A DNA stretch of 64,000 nucleotides. Origin: a virus. Of this stretch, positions 37,665 to 47,723 are shown piece by piece. Under the pieces are notes generated by a model. It ran no database searches. It had not been told where the DNA came from and worked only from the letters and a program-made list of their open reading frames with translations. Position 1 is the first letter of the stretch. Each line of letters begins with the position of its first letter. A program made the position numbers and the translations under genes. Location: the IMG/VR virus record IMGVR_UViG_3300013111_000325, positions 1 through 64,000 of that record, one strand, 5' to 3'.

Positions 37665-39072
37665 TGATTTTGTCAGAAAATCATTACCATATCTGAAGAA
37701 TGATTATTTTCTTGAACACACAGATAAGATCTTGTTTGAGGAAATTGATAAATTTATTCAGAAATATAATATATCTCCAACAAAAGAATCTCTTGTAATA
37801 GAACTCAATGAGAATTCTAAATTACAAGAAGATCAGTTTAAGGGTCTTATAGAAAGGCTTAATAATTATGAGACAAATAAGAACGAGCAATCAGAAATAG
37901 AATGGCTTATTAACACTACAGAACAATTTTGTCAAGACAAAGCAATCTATAATGCAGTTCTAGAATCTATTTCAATTATTGATGGTCAAAAGAAAACAGA
38001 GAAAGATAAAGGCGCTATTCCAGCGATTTTATCTGATGCACTTGCAGTATGTTTTGATCCCAATATTGGACATGATTATATTGAAGATGCTGAAGCAAGA
38101 TATGAATCCTATCATCAAATAGAACAAAGAATACCATTCGATTTAGAATATTTCAATAAAATTACAAATGGTGGTCTGCCAAACAAGACACTCAATGTTG
38201 CAATAGCAGGTACTGGTGTCGGTAAATCATTGTTCATGTGTCATATGGCGTCAAGTTGCCTATCTCAAGGAAACAATGTTTTGTATATCACACTTGAGAT
38301 GGCGGAAGAAAAGATTGCAGAAAGAATTGATGCAAATTTAATGAACATTACACTTGATGATTTAAAGCAATTACCTAAAGATTTGTACGAAAGAAAAGTT
38401 GCAAGTATAAGTAAAGTGACAGACGGTAAATTAATTGTCAAAGAGTATCCGACTGCCGCCGCTAATACAAATCATTTTCGTAATTTATTGAGTGAATTGA
38501 AACTCAAAAGACAATTTGTTCCGCAGATTATTTTTGTTGATTATCTCAACATTTGTTCATCTGCAAGATTAAAGCAAGGAGCGAATGTGAATTCTTATAC
38601 ATTCATAAAATCCATTGCTGAAGAACTGCGTGGTATGGCAGTAGAATATGATGTGCCAATTGTATCGGCTACGCAGACCACTCGTTCAGGGTTTACGAGT
38701 ACAGATGTCGGTCTTGAAGATACATCTGAATCGTTTGGTCTTCCTGCAACTGCTGACTTGATGTTTGCTTTGATATCTACTGAAGAACTTGAGAACCTTG
38801 GTCAAATGTTGGTGAAACAACTCAAGAATAGATATAATGATCCAACATCATCAAAAAGATTTGTGATAGGTATTGATCGTGCTAAAATGAAATTATATGA
38901 TCTTGAAGAATCTGCACAAGATGATTTGATAGACAGAATGAATGATAAAAAGAACAAGAAGGGTAAATTTAATGCTCCATGGAAAGAAGATGACGATGAG
39001 CCATCATTCGATAAAGCGACTGGAGGAAAAATGAAATTTAAAAAAGAATTCGAGGAGTTTAATTTCTCATGA
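37618..39072 (+). CDS. gp41: Replicative helicase gp41
   Basis: AGTGVGKSL, ITLEMAEE, VDYLNIC and QLKNRY motifs. Confidence 0.97.
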   Translation: MERLEDTILRNLLYNDDFVRKSLPYLKNDYFLEHTDKILFEEIDKFIQKYNISPTKESLVIELNENSKLQEDQFKGLIERLNNYETNKNEQSEIEWLINTTEQFCQDKAIYNAVLESISIIDGQKKTEKDKGAIPAILSDALAVCFDPNIGHDYIEDAEARYESYHQIEQRIPFDLEYFNKITNGGLPNKTLNVAIAGTGVGKSLFMCHMASSCLSQGNNVLYITLEMAEEKIAERIDANLMNITLDDLKQLPKDLYERKVASISKVTDGKLIVKEYPTAAANTNHFRNLLSELKLKRQFVPQIIFVDYLNICSSARLKQGANVNSYTFIKSIAEELRGMAVEYDVPIVSATQTTRSGFTSTDVGLEDTSESFGLPATADLMFALISTEELENLGQMLVKQLKNRYNDPTSSKRFVIGIDRAKMKLYDLEESAQDDLIDRMNDKKNKKGKFNAPWKEDDDEPSFDKATGGKMKFKKEFEEFNFS

Positions 39073-39284
39073 TAAAAGTATCATCCGTAGATAATGAACC
39101 ATTTTCTATGACTATAGAATATAAAAATCACAGTGTTATTTTGGTCGGATTACAGACCGGAGATGGGTATGATGGAGATTTAAAGGTATTTAAAGGTGAT
39201 CTAGATGTATCTGAAAAAATAGGTGAATATGACATTTCAGGAGAAGGATTGAAAAAAATACTTGACACTATCGACACTTTTTGA
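39069..39284 (+). CDS. Hypothetical protein
   Basis: ATGA overlap with gp41. Confidence 0.5.
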   Translation: MIKVSSVDNEPFSMTIEYKNHSVILVGLQTGDGYDGDLKVFKGDLDVSEKIGEYDISGEGLKKILDTIDTF

Positions 39285-39328
39285 TAAAATAGTTACTGAG
39301 AGTGAGAGTTTCACTCTTTTTTGTAACT
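39262..39328 (+). promoter_or_regulatory. sigma70 promoter followed at once by a terminator-like stem-loop
   Basis: TTGACA-17-TAAAAT; then GAGAGTGA-GAGTT-TCACTCTT-T4, enclosed by AGTTAC/GTAACT. Confidence 0.6.
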
Positions 39329-39346
39329 CTAATTAAAAAAGGTCTT

Positions 39347-39997
39347 ATGCTCAAATATATTTTCATAATCCTTACTGCATTGTACTTTGGTATTCCATTT
39401 GCATATGAAAAAGCAATTGGTGCTGAAACTAAAGTTATTACTATGAATGGTAAACAATGGCTTGTTATAGTCGAACAAGGCAAAGAACCGATGCTAAAAC
39501 CTCTTGAAAAACCGAGAGCAAAAAAACCGACTATAGTATCAACTGTAAAGAAGGAGCCGGAATGGCAACGTAAAACAGTTAAGGAATCAAAATTAGTACA
39601 AGTATGTGATGATCCTTTAGGGTGTGTCATGACACCTGAGGGTGATTGTCCTGATTGTAAAACTGAACTTGTCAAAGAAGAAACGGTAGAAGTTGTACAA
39701 AAATCAGATTTTACTGCTTTTAAAGAAAACGTCAAAGCACAAAATTCTTTGAATGAAAAAGTTAAAAATACTAAAACAAAATGGTATTTACAAACATATG
39801 ACTGGATGAGAGATGTTGGTCATCCATCATATATCTGTTGGAAAGTCATGCTTACGTGTCAGCATAATGATCCAATTTCCATTCAAGACCTATATCTTGC
39901 CAAATTAAATGCATCAACATGTTCTGATTTTCAACATACATTTAATTTCACCAACCCAATATCATCCTGCCAAAAATCTACAATACTTAATCTTTAA
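39347..39997 (+). CDS. Secreted or membrane-anchored Cys-containing hypothetical protein
   Basis: N-terminal hydrophobic signal; CDDPLGC...CPDC. Confidence 0.55.
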   Translation: MLKYIFIILTALYFGIPFAYEKAIGAETKVITMNGKQWLVIVEQGKEPMLKPLEKPRAKKPTIVSTVKKEPEWQRKTVKESKLVQVCDDPLGCVMTPEGDCPDCKTELVKEETVEVVQKSDFTAFKENVKAQNSLNEKVKNTKTKWYLQTYDWMRDVGHPSYICWKVMLTCQHNDPISIQDLYLAKLNASTCSDFQHTFNFTNPISSCQKSTILNL

Positions 39998-40001
39998 TAA
40001 A

Positions 40002-40009
40002 CATAAATA
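40002..40009 (+). promoter_or_regulatory. Late promoter variant CATAAATA
   Basis: One mismatch to consensus; intergenic before 40035. Confidence 0.6.
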
Positions 40010-40034
40010 GTTTGAAACGAGTTATGCAAAAATT

Positions 40035-41273
40035 ATGCAGAGTTTCAAACAATTTATAAATGAAGAAAAGAACTTACATCTAGAACACATAGAAGATGAA
40101 GTTCTCAACAATGGAGTAGATGGCACACGGCAAGCAATAAACTTTCTCAGAGGTTTGAGAGATATGCTTGCTGGTTCATCAAAAAGCGGAAAGCAGGTTC
40201 GCATCACCGTAAAATGGGATGGTGCGCCTGCTATTTTTGCAGGAATTAATCCTGAAAATAATAAGTTTTTTGTTGGTACAAAAGGAGTTTTTGCAAAAAC
40301 TGCAAAACTTAATTATACTCCGGAAGATATCGATAAAAATCATCCTGCTGAAGGGTTAAATAGAAAACTCAAATTAGCACTTGAGTATTTGCCTGAATTG
40401 GGTATACAAGATGTCGTACAAGGAGACATGATGTATAGTCAGGAAGATCTACAGGATGAAACGATTGATGGTGAAGAATATTTGATATTTAAACCAAATA
40501 CTATTGTTTACGCAATACCTAAAAATAGTGATTTGGCTAAACAAATATCAATATCAAAAATGGGTATTGTATTTCATACTAGATATTCAGGTGATAGTTT
40601 ACCCGAAATGGATGCCAATTTTGATATTGATGTTTCTCAAATGACACAAACACCGAATGTTTGGTTTAGGGATGCAGAATATGAAGATGTAAGTGGTACG
40701 GCATCTATGACTGAGAAAGAAACGGCACAAATAACAGGAATTCTATCGGGCGCTGGAAGATTATTTAGACAATTAAATCCGAATATACTTAAATATATTC
40801 AAAATCATAAGGACGTGAATATACAAATTAAAGCATACACAAATACGAAAATACGAGAAGGGCGTCCGATAGAAAACCCTGATGCACATGCAAGAGGATT
40901 GATAGTTTATCTGAAACAAAAATTTGAAAAGGAACTCAATAAATTAAAAACCGAAAAAGCAAGAATAAGAAAGCAACAGGCACAAAGAGAATTTTTGAAG
41001 TTTTTTCAAACAAACATAAGACAATTATCACAAATATTTGAAATGCAAAATATGTTAATTGCATGTAAAATATTGATATTGAGAAAATTAGAGCAGGTTA
41101 AAACATTGACAAAAACTTTTATTCAAGATGACGATGGTTTTAGAGTGACAAATCCAGAGGGGTTTGTTGCAGTAGATAAGTTAAAATCTGACCAGTATGT
41201 GAAACTGGTAGATCGTCTTGAATTTTCAAGACAAAATTTTAATGCCGCCAAAAACTGGTCAAAGGGAGCATAA
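40035..41273 (+). CDS. RNA-ligase-like nucleotidyltransferase (KxDG) with a capsid-targeting leader
   Basis: TVKWDG (motif I), QGD, EGFV and VKLV motifs; leader MQSFKQFINE. Confidence 0.65.
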   Translation: MQSFKQFINEEKNLHLEHIEDEVLNNGVDGTRQAINFLRGLRDMLAGSSKSGKQVRITVKWDGAPAIFAGINPENNKFFVGTKGVFAKTAKLNYTPEDIDKNHPAEGLNRKLKLALEYLPELGIQDVVQGDMMYSQEDLQDETIDGEEYLIFKPNTIVYAIPKNSDLAKQISISKMGIVFHTRYSGDSLPEMDANFDIDVSQMTQTPNVWFRDAEYEDVSGTASMTEKETAQITGILSGAGRLFRQLNPNILKYIQNHKDVNIQIKAYTNTKIREGRPIENPDAHARGLIVYLKQKFEKELNKLKTEKARIRKQQAQREFLKFFQTNIRQLSQIFEMQNMLIACKILILRKLEQVKTLTKTFIQDDDGFRVTNPEGFVAVDKLKSDQYVKLVDRLEFSRQNFNAAKNWSKGA

Positions 41274-41666
41274 ATGTTAAAACAAGAAGAGCAATTGCTT
41301 GAAACACTTAATGGTAAAATGATCGATATCACTTTATCCGAAGGTGTAGATACACGATTAAGAAGATTAGCCACTCAAGGTCTTATTGCAAAAGATGAAC
41401 TTGCGTTATTCACAAAACTCATAAAAGATCTTGATGATGGTAAATCACCTACGTTGCCACAACGTATGATGGTAATGAGAGTTTTTGACAAACTTCTGAA
41501 ACTCATAATGGATAATAAAGAAGTGTATCAGAGAGTTTTGCAGACTGTTAAAAAGGATAAAAAAGTGAAAAAAGAAGCATTCGAAGCCACACATACTATC
41601 GTTGAACACAACGGAAAAAGATTTGTCATTGACGAAAATGAGCAATTAGTTCCTTATAATGGATAA
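41274..41666 (+). CDS. Hypothetical protein
   Basis: GGGAG RBS; abuts the upstream gene. Confidence 0.6.
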   Translation: MLKQEEQLLETLNGKMIDITLSEGVDTRLRRLATQGLIAKDELALFTKLIKDLDDGKSPTLPQRMMVMRVFDKLLKLIMDNKEVYQRVLQTVKKDKKVKKEAFEATHTIVEHNGKRFVIDENEQLVPYNG

Positions 41667-41677
41667 TAAATATTCAT

Positions 41678-43978
41678 ATGCGACTTAAAGATTTACACGA
41701 AAAACTAGATGGAAGAACCGCAGTTTTCACATTTGGTAGAATGAATCCTCCTACTATTGGACACGAAAAACTTCTTAATAAGTTGAAAAATGTCGCTAGT
41801 AAAAGTTCTGCTGATTGGTTCGTATATTTAAGTTCAAGTCAAGATGCCAAAAAGAATCCACTACCTTTTGAGCGTAAAATTCACTATGCCAGAAAGATGT
41901 TTGGTAGAGATGTGAATGCAAGAACCTTTCCTAAAGAGCCCACCGTACTCCATGCCGCTTCATCTCTTTACGGTAAAGGTTATAAAAAATTAATTATGGT
42001 TGTAGGGTCAGATAGAATAAATGATTTCAGCAAACTCCTCAAGCAATATAACAATCAAGATAAACCTCATGGATTTTATAATTTCGATTCGATTGATGTT
42101 GTGTCAGCAGGTGAGAGAGATCCTGATGCCGAAGGTGTATCAGGTATGTCAGCATCAAAGTTGAGAGGATTTGCAGTTCAAGGTAAATATGATGAGTTTG
42201 CGAAAGGGTTGCCAGGGTTGAATGATAAAGATGCAAAATCATTATTTAATGAAATACGAAAAGGATTAAAATTACAAGCAATATCTGAAAAAATCAAAGT
42301 GCAAAAAGAAATTATACCAGAAAAGGTTACTATGAAATTATCTACATTCAGAAATATTTTTAAGAGAGAAAAAATAGATGAAGATATTATGGATGTATTA
42401 AAGAAAAAGGCAGAGGTTTCCGGTATTTCTTTACAAATATTAAAATCAATTTATGAAAAAGCAGTAAAGCAATATAAACTTGGACATGAAATAGGACAGG
42501 TGAAAGAGCAATATGCTATGCAAAAAGTGAATGTACATCTTCTTAAAAATAAAAATATAGACAATACAAATGAGCAATTTAAGGAATGGATGAAGATGAC
42601 TGATTTTGCAGTTGTAGATGAGGCAACTGATGTTGTTGTGAGTACACCAACAGGAAGATATCAAACAAAAACAGATAGTGTGACAAAAACGAAGCAAAAA
42701 GAAAAAACGAGATTTAGATCATCTGCTGATAGAAATAGTGTAACAGTAAAACGAGCAACTTCAAGAGACAAACGATATACTGATCAAGAACCTGTACAAC
42801 CTGTACAAGAAATGATGTCTAGACCTCATGTATTTGTAGGTATTAAAGATACGGATCCTCGGTCTAATCTACGCCCTAGTGTTAGTTATAAACCAGGTAA
42901 GTCGGACGATTTAGTATTAATCAAACCTGTGGAAACAGATTTTTTTAACGAGAACTTAAAAGAACTTATTAATTCACCTTATGATTTTTTAGAAGAACTT
43001 AAATTGCATACTAATTTTCCAATATTGATAAAAGATAAAGGTGCTGAAAAGAAAATGGTAGATGCCATCGTAAAGAAAAAATCATTTACGACTTCAGGTT
43101 ATTATGGCGACAAAGTTTATGCAGTTGGCACAAATGAAAATAGTTTGAGAAAAGCATTAGAAAATTCTAAAATGTACGAAAGTCTTGATGAAGCAACTGG
43201 TAATGAAATTAAAAAGTACATGAAATCAAAATGGAATACTGATGTAAGAGCATCTAAAGTTGGTACTGGTAAGTCTATGAGGGTGGTAGGTAAGATTCCT
43301 AATGATTTTAGAGCATTTGTTATTAAGAAGTTTGAGCCCAATGCAAAAATTATGGATAAGAACAATATTGATTATGGAAACATAAGAGGTAATTATGTTT
43401 CACTTAGAGTTGGTGAATGGGATGAGTTATTGAAAGAGGATATTCAAGAAAAAGCAGTATCAAAACAACAACAAAAATTCTTTGGTCTTGTCAGAGCAAT
43501 TCAAAAAGGTAAAGCAAGTGGATCTCCTGAAGCAGAGAAGACCGCACGAGATATGAGTAAGAAAGATGTGAAAGATTTTGCCAGCACAAAGCATAAAGGT
43601 TTACCGAAAAAGGTTCAACAAGAAGGAAAATTACTCAAAAGAATTAAAGAGTTGAAAAATAATACTGTTTCTGAAGAATGGGAATTTGATGCAAATACAC
43701 TTCTTCAACAATTGGGTGGTAATAAATTTATGGTTATGACTGGTGCTAAAAATCTCATGGTTGACAAAGAAGAAAAATCTTTACATATGAGAATAGGTAA
43801 AAACTCAAAAGGTATCAATCATCTTAAAATAACATATATGCCAGATGACACTTATACTATGGATTTTGGACGAATTAGAAAACTCGACTATAAAGTGGTT
43901 CGTTCAGTTAAAAGCGTGTATGCAGAGGCATTACAGGATGTTTTCACAGAAGTAACTGGAATGTATACCAGTTTATAG
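41678..43978 (+). CDS. Multi-module protein: N-terminal HIGH-type (cytidylyl/adenylyl) transferase plus several small domains
   Basis: FGRMNPPTIGH, VVGSDR and MSASK motifs; later modules separated by acidic linkers; AATAAATA late-like promoter at 41665. Confidence 0.75.
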   Translation: MRLKDLHEKLDGRTAVFTFGRMNPPTIGHEKLLNKLKNVASKSSADWFVYLSSSQDAKKNPLPFERKIHYARKMFGRDVNARTFPKEPTVLHAASSLYGKGYKKLIMVVGSDRINDFSKLLKQYNNQDKPHGFYNFDSIDVVSAGERDPDAEGVSGMSASKLRGFAVQGKYDEFAKGLPGLNDKDAKSLFNEIRKGLKLQAISEKIKVQKEIIPEKVTMKLSTFRNIFKREKIDEDIMDVLKKKAEVSGISLQILKSIYEKAVKQYKLGHEIGQVKEQYAMQKVNVHLLKNKNIDNTNEQFKEWMKMTDFAVVDEATDVVVSTPTGRYQTKTDSVTKTKQKEKTRFRSSADRNSVTVKRATSRDKRYTDQEPVQPVQEMMSRPHVFVGIKDTDPRSNLRPSVSYKPGKSDDLVLIKPVETDFFNENLKELINSPYDFLEELKLHTNFPILIKDKGAEKKMVDAIVKKKSFTTSGYYGDKVYAVGTNENSLRKALENSKMYESLDEATGNEIKKYMKSKWNTDVRASKVGTGKSMRVVGKIPNDFRAFVIKKFEPNAKIMDKNNIDYGNIRGNYVSLRVGEWDELLKEDIQEKAVSKQQQKFFGLVRAIQKGKASGSPEAEKTARDMSKKDVKDFASTKHKGLPKKVQQEGKLLKRIKELKNNTVSEEWEFDANTLLQQLGGNKFMVMTGAKNLMVDKEEKSLHMRIGKNSKGINHLKITYMPDDTYTMDFGRIRKLDYKVVRSVKSVYAEALQDVFTEVTGMYTSL

Positions 43979-43986
43979 GAGAAACA

Positions 43987-46900
43987 ATGTTAAATACACT
44001 TCATGACGGACCATTTACTCAGATGAAAGAACAGGGAGATATCCATGTTCATCATTATCAAAAGGGAGAAAATCCTGACGATAAAAAGAAAAAAGAGAAA
44101 GAATCCAAAGCCAATGGTAACGGAAACGGCAATGGTGCTCCTGCAAACGGAAACGGCAATGGTGCTCCTGTAGAAGCAGAGGCGGCTCCTCCCCCTCCTG
44201 AGGATAAGGGTAATCCATTGGCTAAATTTTCAAAAGACGAAGTGAAGCGTATTAGAGATATTCTTAAAAAAGATAAAGAGGAAAAAGAACCAGAGAAAAA
44301 ATTATCAAATAAAAAAGATAAGGTCAATACTAAACCTAAAATGAAAGATACCGAAGTAAAAGAAATGTCCGCTGACCTAGCATACAGAGCAATGGATAAA
44401 GCGGATAAGAAAAGTAGAGGGGAAATGTCAGTGATGGATCCCAAAAGAGCAAGAAAAAAAGCAAGACAATCACGAAAATTTGCTGATTATTCTATCAAGA
44501 AAACTCTTAAAGGTGAAGAGTTTGAATATGCACATAATCAAGCACTTGAAGAAAATGCTAAAAGAGATATAATGGCTTTTGGTGCAAAACTTAAAGGGTA
44601 TTCCGATAGAAGTGGCGGTATTGATAAAGACTATTTTAACAAAATTGCAAATACTGCATTAAGTGGTCGTATGCCTGATAAAAGAGATATTGATGGTGAT
44701 ACAGATCCAAGAGATTTTGTATTAGATATGATGAATCGTACATTTCCAAAAGCAACAATGCAAAACTATGCAGGAATTTCTCCATCACTTGATCAATATT
44801 TACGATCAACAACAGGTGTAAAAACACACGTTAGTCAAAATCTTAAAAGAAGTGTAACAGTTCCTGAAGAAGTTGAATTAGACGAAGTAGAATCAGACTA
44901 TGCAAAAGAAATAGAAGCATTTAAAGCACAAGGAGGAAAGATTAAAAAATTACCTCCAGGAAAAAAATTTAAAAGTAAATTTAGTAAAGTAAAAGGTCCG
45001 AAAAAACTTCCAATACAAGCAGAAGATGCTGAAATTGAAGAAAATGTAGCATACCTGAAAAATAAAGAAGGACACGTTTTTCATATTTCAAAAAGAGATA
45101 AAAAAGGTGATGCTTATTCAATGCATGTAGCCGATTCAAGTGGAAAGAAAGTTAAGGATTGGGGTTCACATCCTTCTCTAAGTGGAGCAAAGAAATTTGC
45201 AAGTAAACGAGGATTTACAGAAGAGGTTGATTTTGAGGAAGCCTATACAATGCATAAAGGAATGAAAATAAAAAATGTTCCACGTTCAGCAGGTAAAGAT
45301 GCAGTAGAATATAATAAAAAAAGAAGAGAAGCACAAAGAAAAAGAGCAGGTCTTGATGAAGCAAAAAAACCAAACCTGACAGCCGGAATGGAATGTCAGG
45401 AATGTGGTAAGAAATTTCGTGCTAAACTTTCTACATTACAATATGGAAAGACAAAATGTCCAAAATGTAAAAGCACCGATTTGGATTTTGCATTTGGTGC
45501 AAAAAATGAGAGTAGTGTAAATGGTATTGTTGAGGGATATCAAAAAGCAGTATTGCTCAGTTTGGATGATGCAGGAATTGACGGACATTTTGATAGGGAT
45601 AAAGTGGTTGTTGCAAAGAGAGATGTAGAAAGAGCCAAAGAAGTTTTGGATAATGACCCAGATATAAGGAGAACTCCAAAGATTGTTGGGGAAGAAGTTG
45701 AAACTGTTTATGAAGCAAGAAAATCTGATTATCAAATCTATCATAAAGATTTCTCTTCTGCTATGCAACATGCATATGCAGTTGCAAAGAAAAGGGGATA
45801 TACAGTCGATCCACAAGAGATTGACAACAAAGTTGCAACAGGTCCAAGAAAACCTTCTAGCGGTAAAACAAATCGTTATATCCTAGGTACGGACAAGAAG
45901 CAAAACTTACATGTCCAGGTTGCAAACCTAGATAACAAACGATACGAACTCAATATGTATATTGAGGAAGTAATTCCAGAGGAGACTAAAATGATTCCAA
46001 CAAATGAGAAAAAATTGGATCCTGTCGGTCAAGAAGATGGTGATGTTGATAATGATGGTGACAAGGATTCATCTGATGATTATCTTATGAAACGCAGAAA
46101 TGCAGTTAAAAAAGCAATGGGTAAGCGTAAGACAGGTATGAAAGAAGAGCATCAACTCAATACGATGACTGATGGTGCTTTCACAACTGCCGATATGCTT
46201 GCACAAACATATCTTTCTATGTCTCGTGATGAGCAAATTCAAGTGACGGAAGTTACTAATGAAGATCTTAAAAAAGAAAATATTGACGAAGTTGAATCCG
46301 CATATGCGAAACAAATTGCTGACTATAAAGCCAAAGGTGGAACAGTTAAGAAATATACTGGTCCTAACATGAAAAATGTCAAGAGAGCAACTTCAGGTTT
46401 TAAGAAAAAACTTGCAAAGACTAATAAAATCGTTGCTCAGGAACTTGAAAAAGTGAAAGCGGAAAAAGAGGCTAATAAGCAACAGGATGAGGCTTGGAAA
46501 AAAGGGACTTATCATGTAAAAGATGCAGATGGTAAAATACATGGCACATATAAATCCGGAAAACATGCTTCTAAAGCAATGCATAAACTCATGGATAAAG
46601 GTGGTCATAAAGAATTAGAAGTATCAAGGGCTAATGAAGAAGTCTCAAAGAATGTCGGCAAATTAAATAAAGTTCTGGAGAATAGAAAACTTGAGCGTAA
46701 TAAAGTTGTTGTGGATGGTCAAGGTGGTGCAGGTGAAGTAGGTACTGACGAACTTACAAAAAAATATCAGGAAGTTACGCCAGGACAACCAAAAGAGTTG
46801 ATCAGAGAAAGTTCAGTTGTTATTAATAGTCAAGATATGTTTAAGAGATTTGAGGACATGGTGAGTTATATGATGGGTATTTCTGTAACACATCCTGAAA

Positions 46901-47229
46901 GTTTTCAGATGTTTCCGATTGGTGAATCTGGTAAAATGAGATTAGAATATGAACATGGACCTCTTGCTACAATTTGTGAAACAGATGTTATCAATTTCTT
47001 TGGACCAAACGTTGACATGGAACAATTTGTAGAAATGGTTAAAGAATTTGGTGTAAATGTCACAACGGCAGATAATTCTTTTGTTGTAGGAGACACACCA
47101 GGTACTGAAGGTATAGTCAAAGAAATTACACCTGGACAATATGCCGAAGAGTATGCAAAAAAGTATACCACAGGAGGCATGATGGATCAAATGAGAGCAA
47201 ATATTGAAGAACTTGCTAAGAGAATTTGA
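43987..47229 (+). CDS. Large modular, probably head-internal polyprotein
   Basis: Basic modules alternating with acidic linkers; C4 zinc ribbon CQEC...CPKC; internally duplicated module. Confidence 0.65.
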   Translation: MLNTLHDGPFTQMKEQGDIHVHHYQKGENPDDKKKKEKESKANGNGNGNGAPANGNGNGAPVEAEAAPPPPEDKGNPLAKFSKDEVKRIRDILKKDKEEKEPEKKLSNKKDKVNTKPKMKDTEVKEMSADLAYRAMDKADKKSRGEMSVMDPKRARKKARQSRKFADYSIKKTLKGEEFEYAHNQALEENAKRDIMAFGAKLKGYSDRSGGIDKDYFNKIANTALSGRMPDKRDIDGDTDPRDFVLDMMNRTFPKATMQNYAGISPSLDQYLRSTTGVKTHVSQNLKRSVTVPEEVELDEVESDYAKEIEAFKAQGGKIKKLPPGKKFKSKFSKVKGPKKLPIQAEDAEIEENVAYLKNKEGHVFHISKRDKKGDAYSMHVADSSGKKVKDWGSHPSLSGAKKFASKRGFTEEVDFEEAYTMHKGMKIKNVPRSAGKDAVEYNKKRREAQRKRAGLDEAKKPNLTAGMECQECGKKFRAKLSTLQYGKTKCPKCKSTDLDFAFGAKNESSVNGIVEGYQKAVLLSLDDAGIDGHFDRDKVVVAKRDVERAKEVLDNDPDIRRTPKIVGEEVETVYEARKSDYQIYHKDFSSAMQHAYAVAKKRGYTVDPQEIDNKVATGPRKPSSGKTNRYILGTDKKQNLHVQVANLDNKRYELNMYIEEVIPEETKMIPTNEKKLDPVGQEDGDVDNDGDKDSSDDYLMKRRNAVKKAMGKRKTGMKEEHQLNTMTDGAFTTADMLAQTYLSMSRDEQIQVTEVTNEDLKKENIDEVESAYAKQIADYKAKGGTVKKYTGPNMKNVKRATSGFKKKLAKTNKIVAQELEKVKAEKEANKQQDEAWKKGTYHVKDADGKIHGTYKSGKHASKAMHKLMDKGGHKELEVSRANEEVSKNVGKLNKVLENRKLERNKVVVDGQGGAGEVGTDELTKKYQEVTPGQPKELIRESSVVINSQDMFKRFEDMVSYMMGISVTHPESFQMFPIGESGKMRLEYEHGPLATICETDVINFFGPNVDMEQFVEMVKEFGVNVTTADNSFVVGDTPGTEGIVKEITPGQYAEEYAKKYTTGGMMDQMRANIEELAKRI
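44119..44170 (+). repeat. 27-bp tandem duplication (NGNGNGAP x2)
   Basis: AACGGAAACGGCAATGGTGCTCCTG at 44119 and 44146. Confidence 0.9.
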
Positions 47230-47722
47230 TCAACCACAAATTTATTGCGATATGGACATGGTGTTAGTCGATTTCTTAGGAGGAGCGGCCAATGCTCTTG
47301 GTGTTGATTTTCGTGAAGCTAATAGAAAAACACGTTGGTCTATTTTAGATAATCAACCTGATTTCTTTTTCAATCTTCCACCAATGCCAGATTATAAAGT
47401 CTTGTGGAATTTTATACGAAAATTTGATCCATACATATTGACAGCCGCCCCAAATTCTAGTTTTGAGAAGGCGTCAATAGATAAAAAGAAATGGTGTAAA
47501 AAATATCTTAAAATAGATGAGTCAAGAGTATATACAGTGCAGAGACAGGATAAAAAACACTTTGCAATTGACGGAAGAGATGGTCGAGCAAATATATTGA
47601 TTGATGACCATCCAAAAAATGTTAAAGAATGGAGAGATAATGGTGGTATAGGTGTCTTACATACACCTTTTAATGCAAAAAATTCTGTTAAACAATTAAT
47701 TAATATTGGATTTGGGAGATGA
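47204..47722 (+). CDS. HAD-family 5'(3')-nucleotidase-like protein
   Basis: CDMDMVLVDF (DxD), ILTA, and ILIDD...NVKEW...GGIGVLH motifs. Confidence 0.85.
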   Translation: MKNLLREFDQPQIYCDMDMVLVDFLGGAANALGVDFREANRKTRWSILDNQPDFFFNLPPMPDYKVLWNFIRKFDPYILTAAPNSSFEKASIDKKKWCKKYLKIDESRVYTVQRQDKKHFAIDGRDGRANILIDDHPKNVKEWRDNGGIGVLHTPFNAKNSVKQLINIGFGR

Positions 47723-47723
47723 T

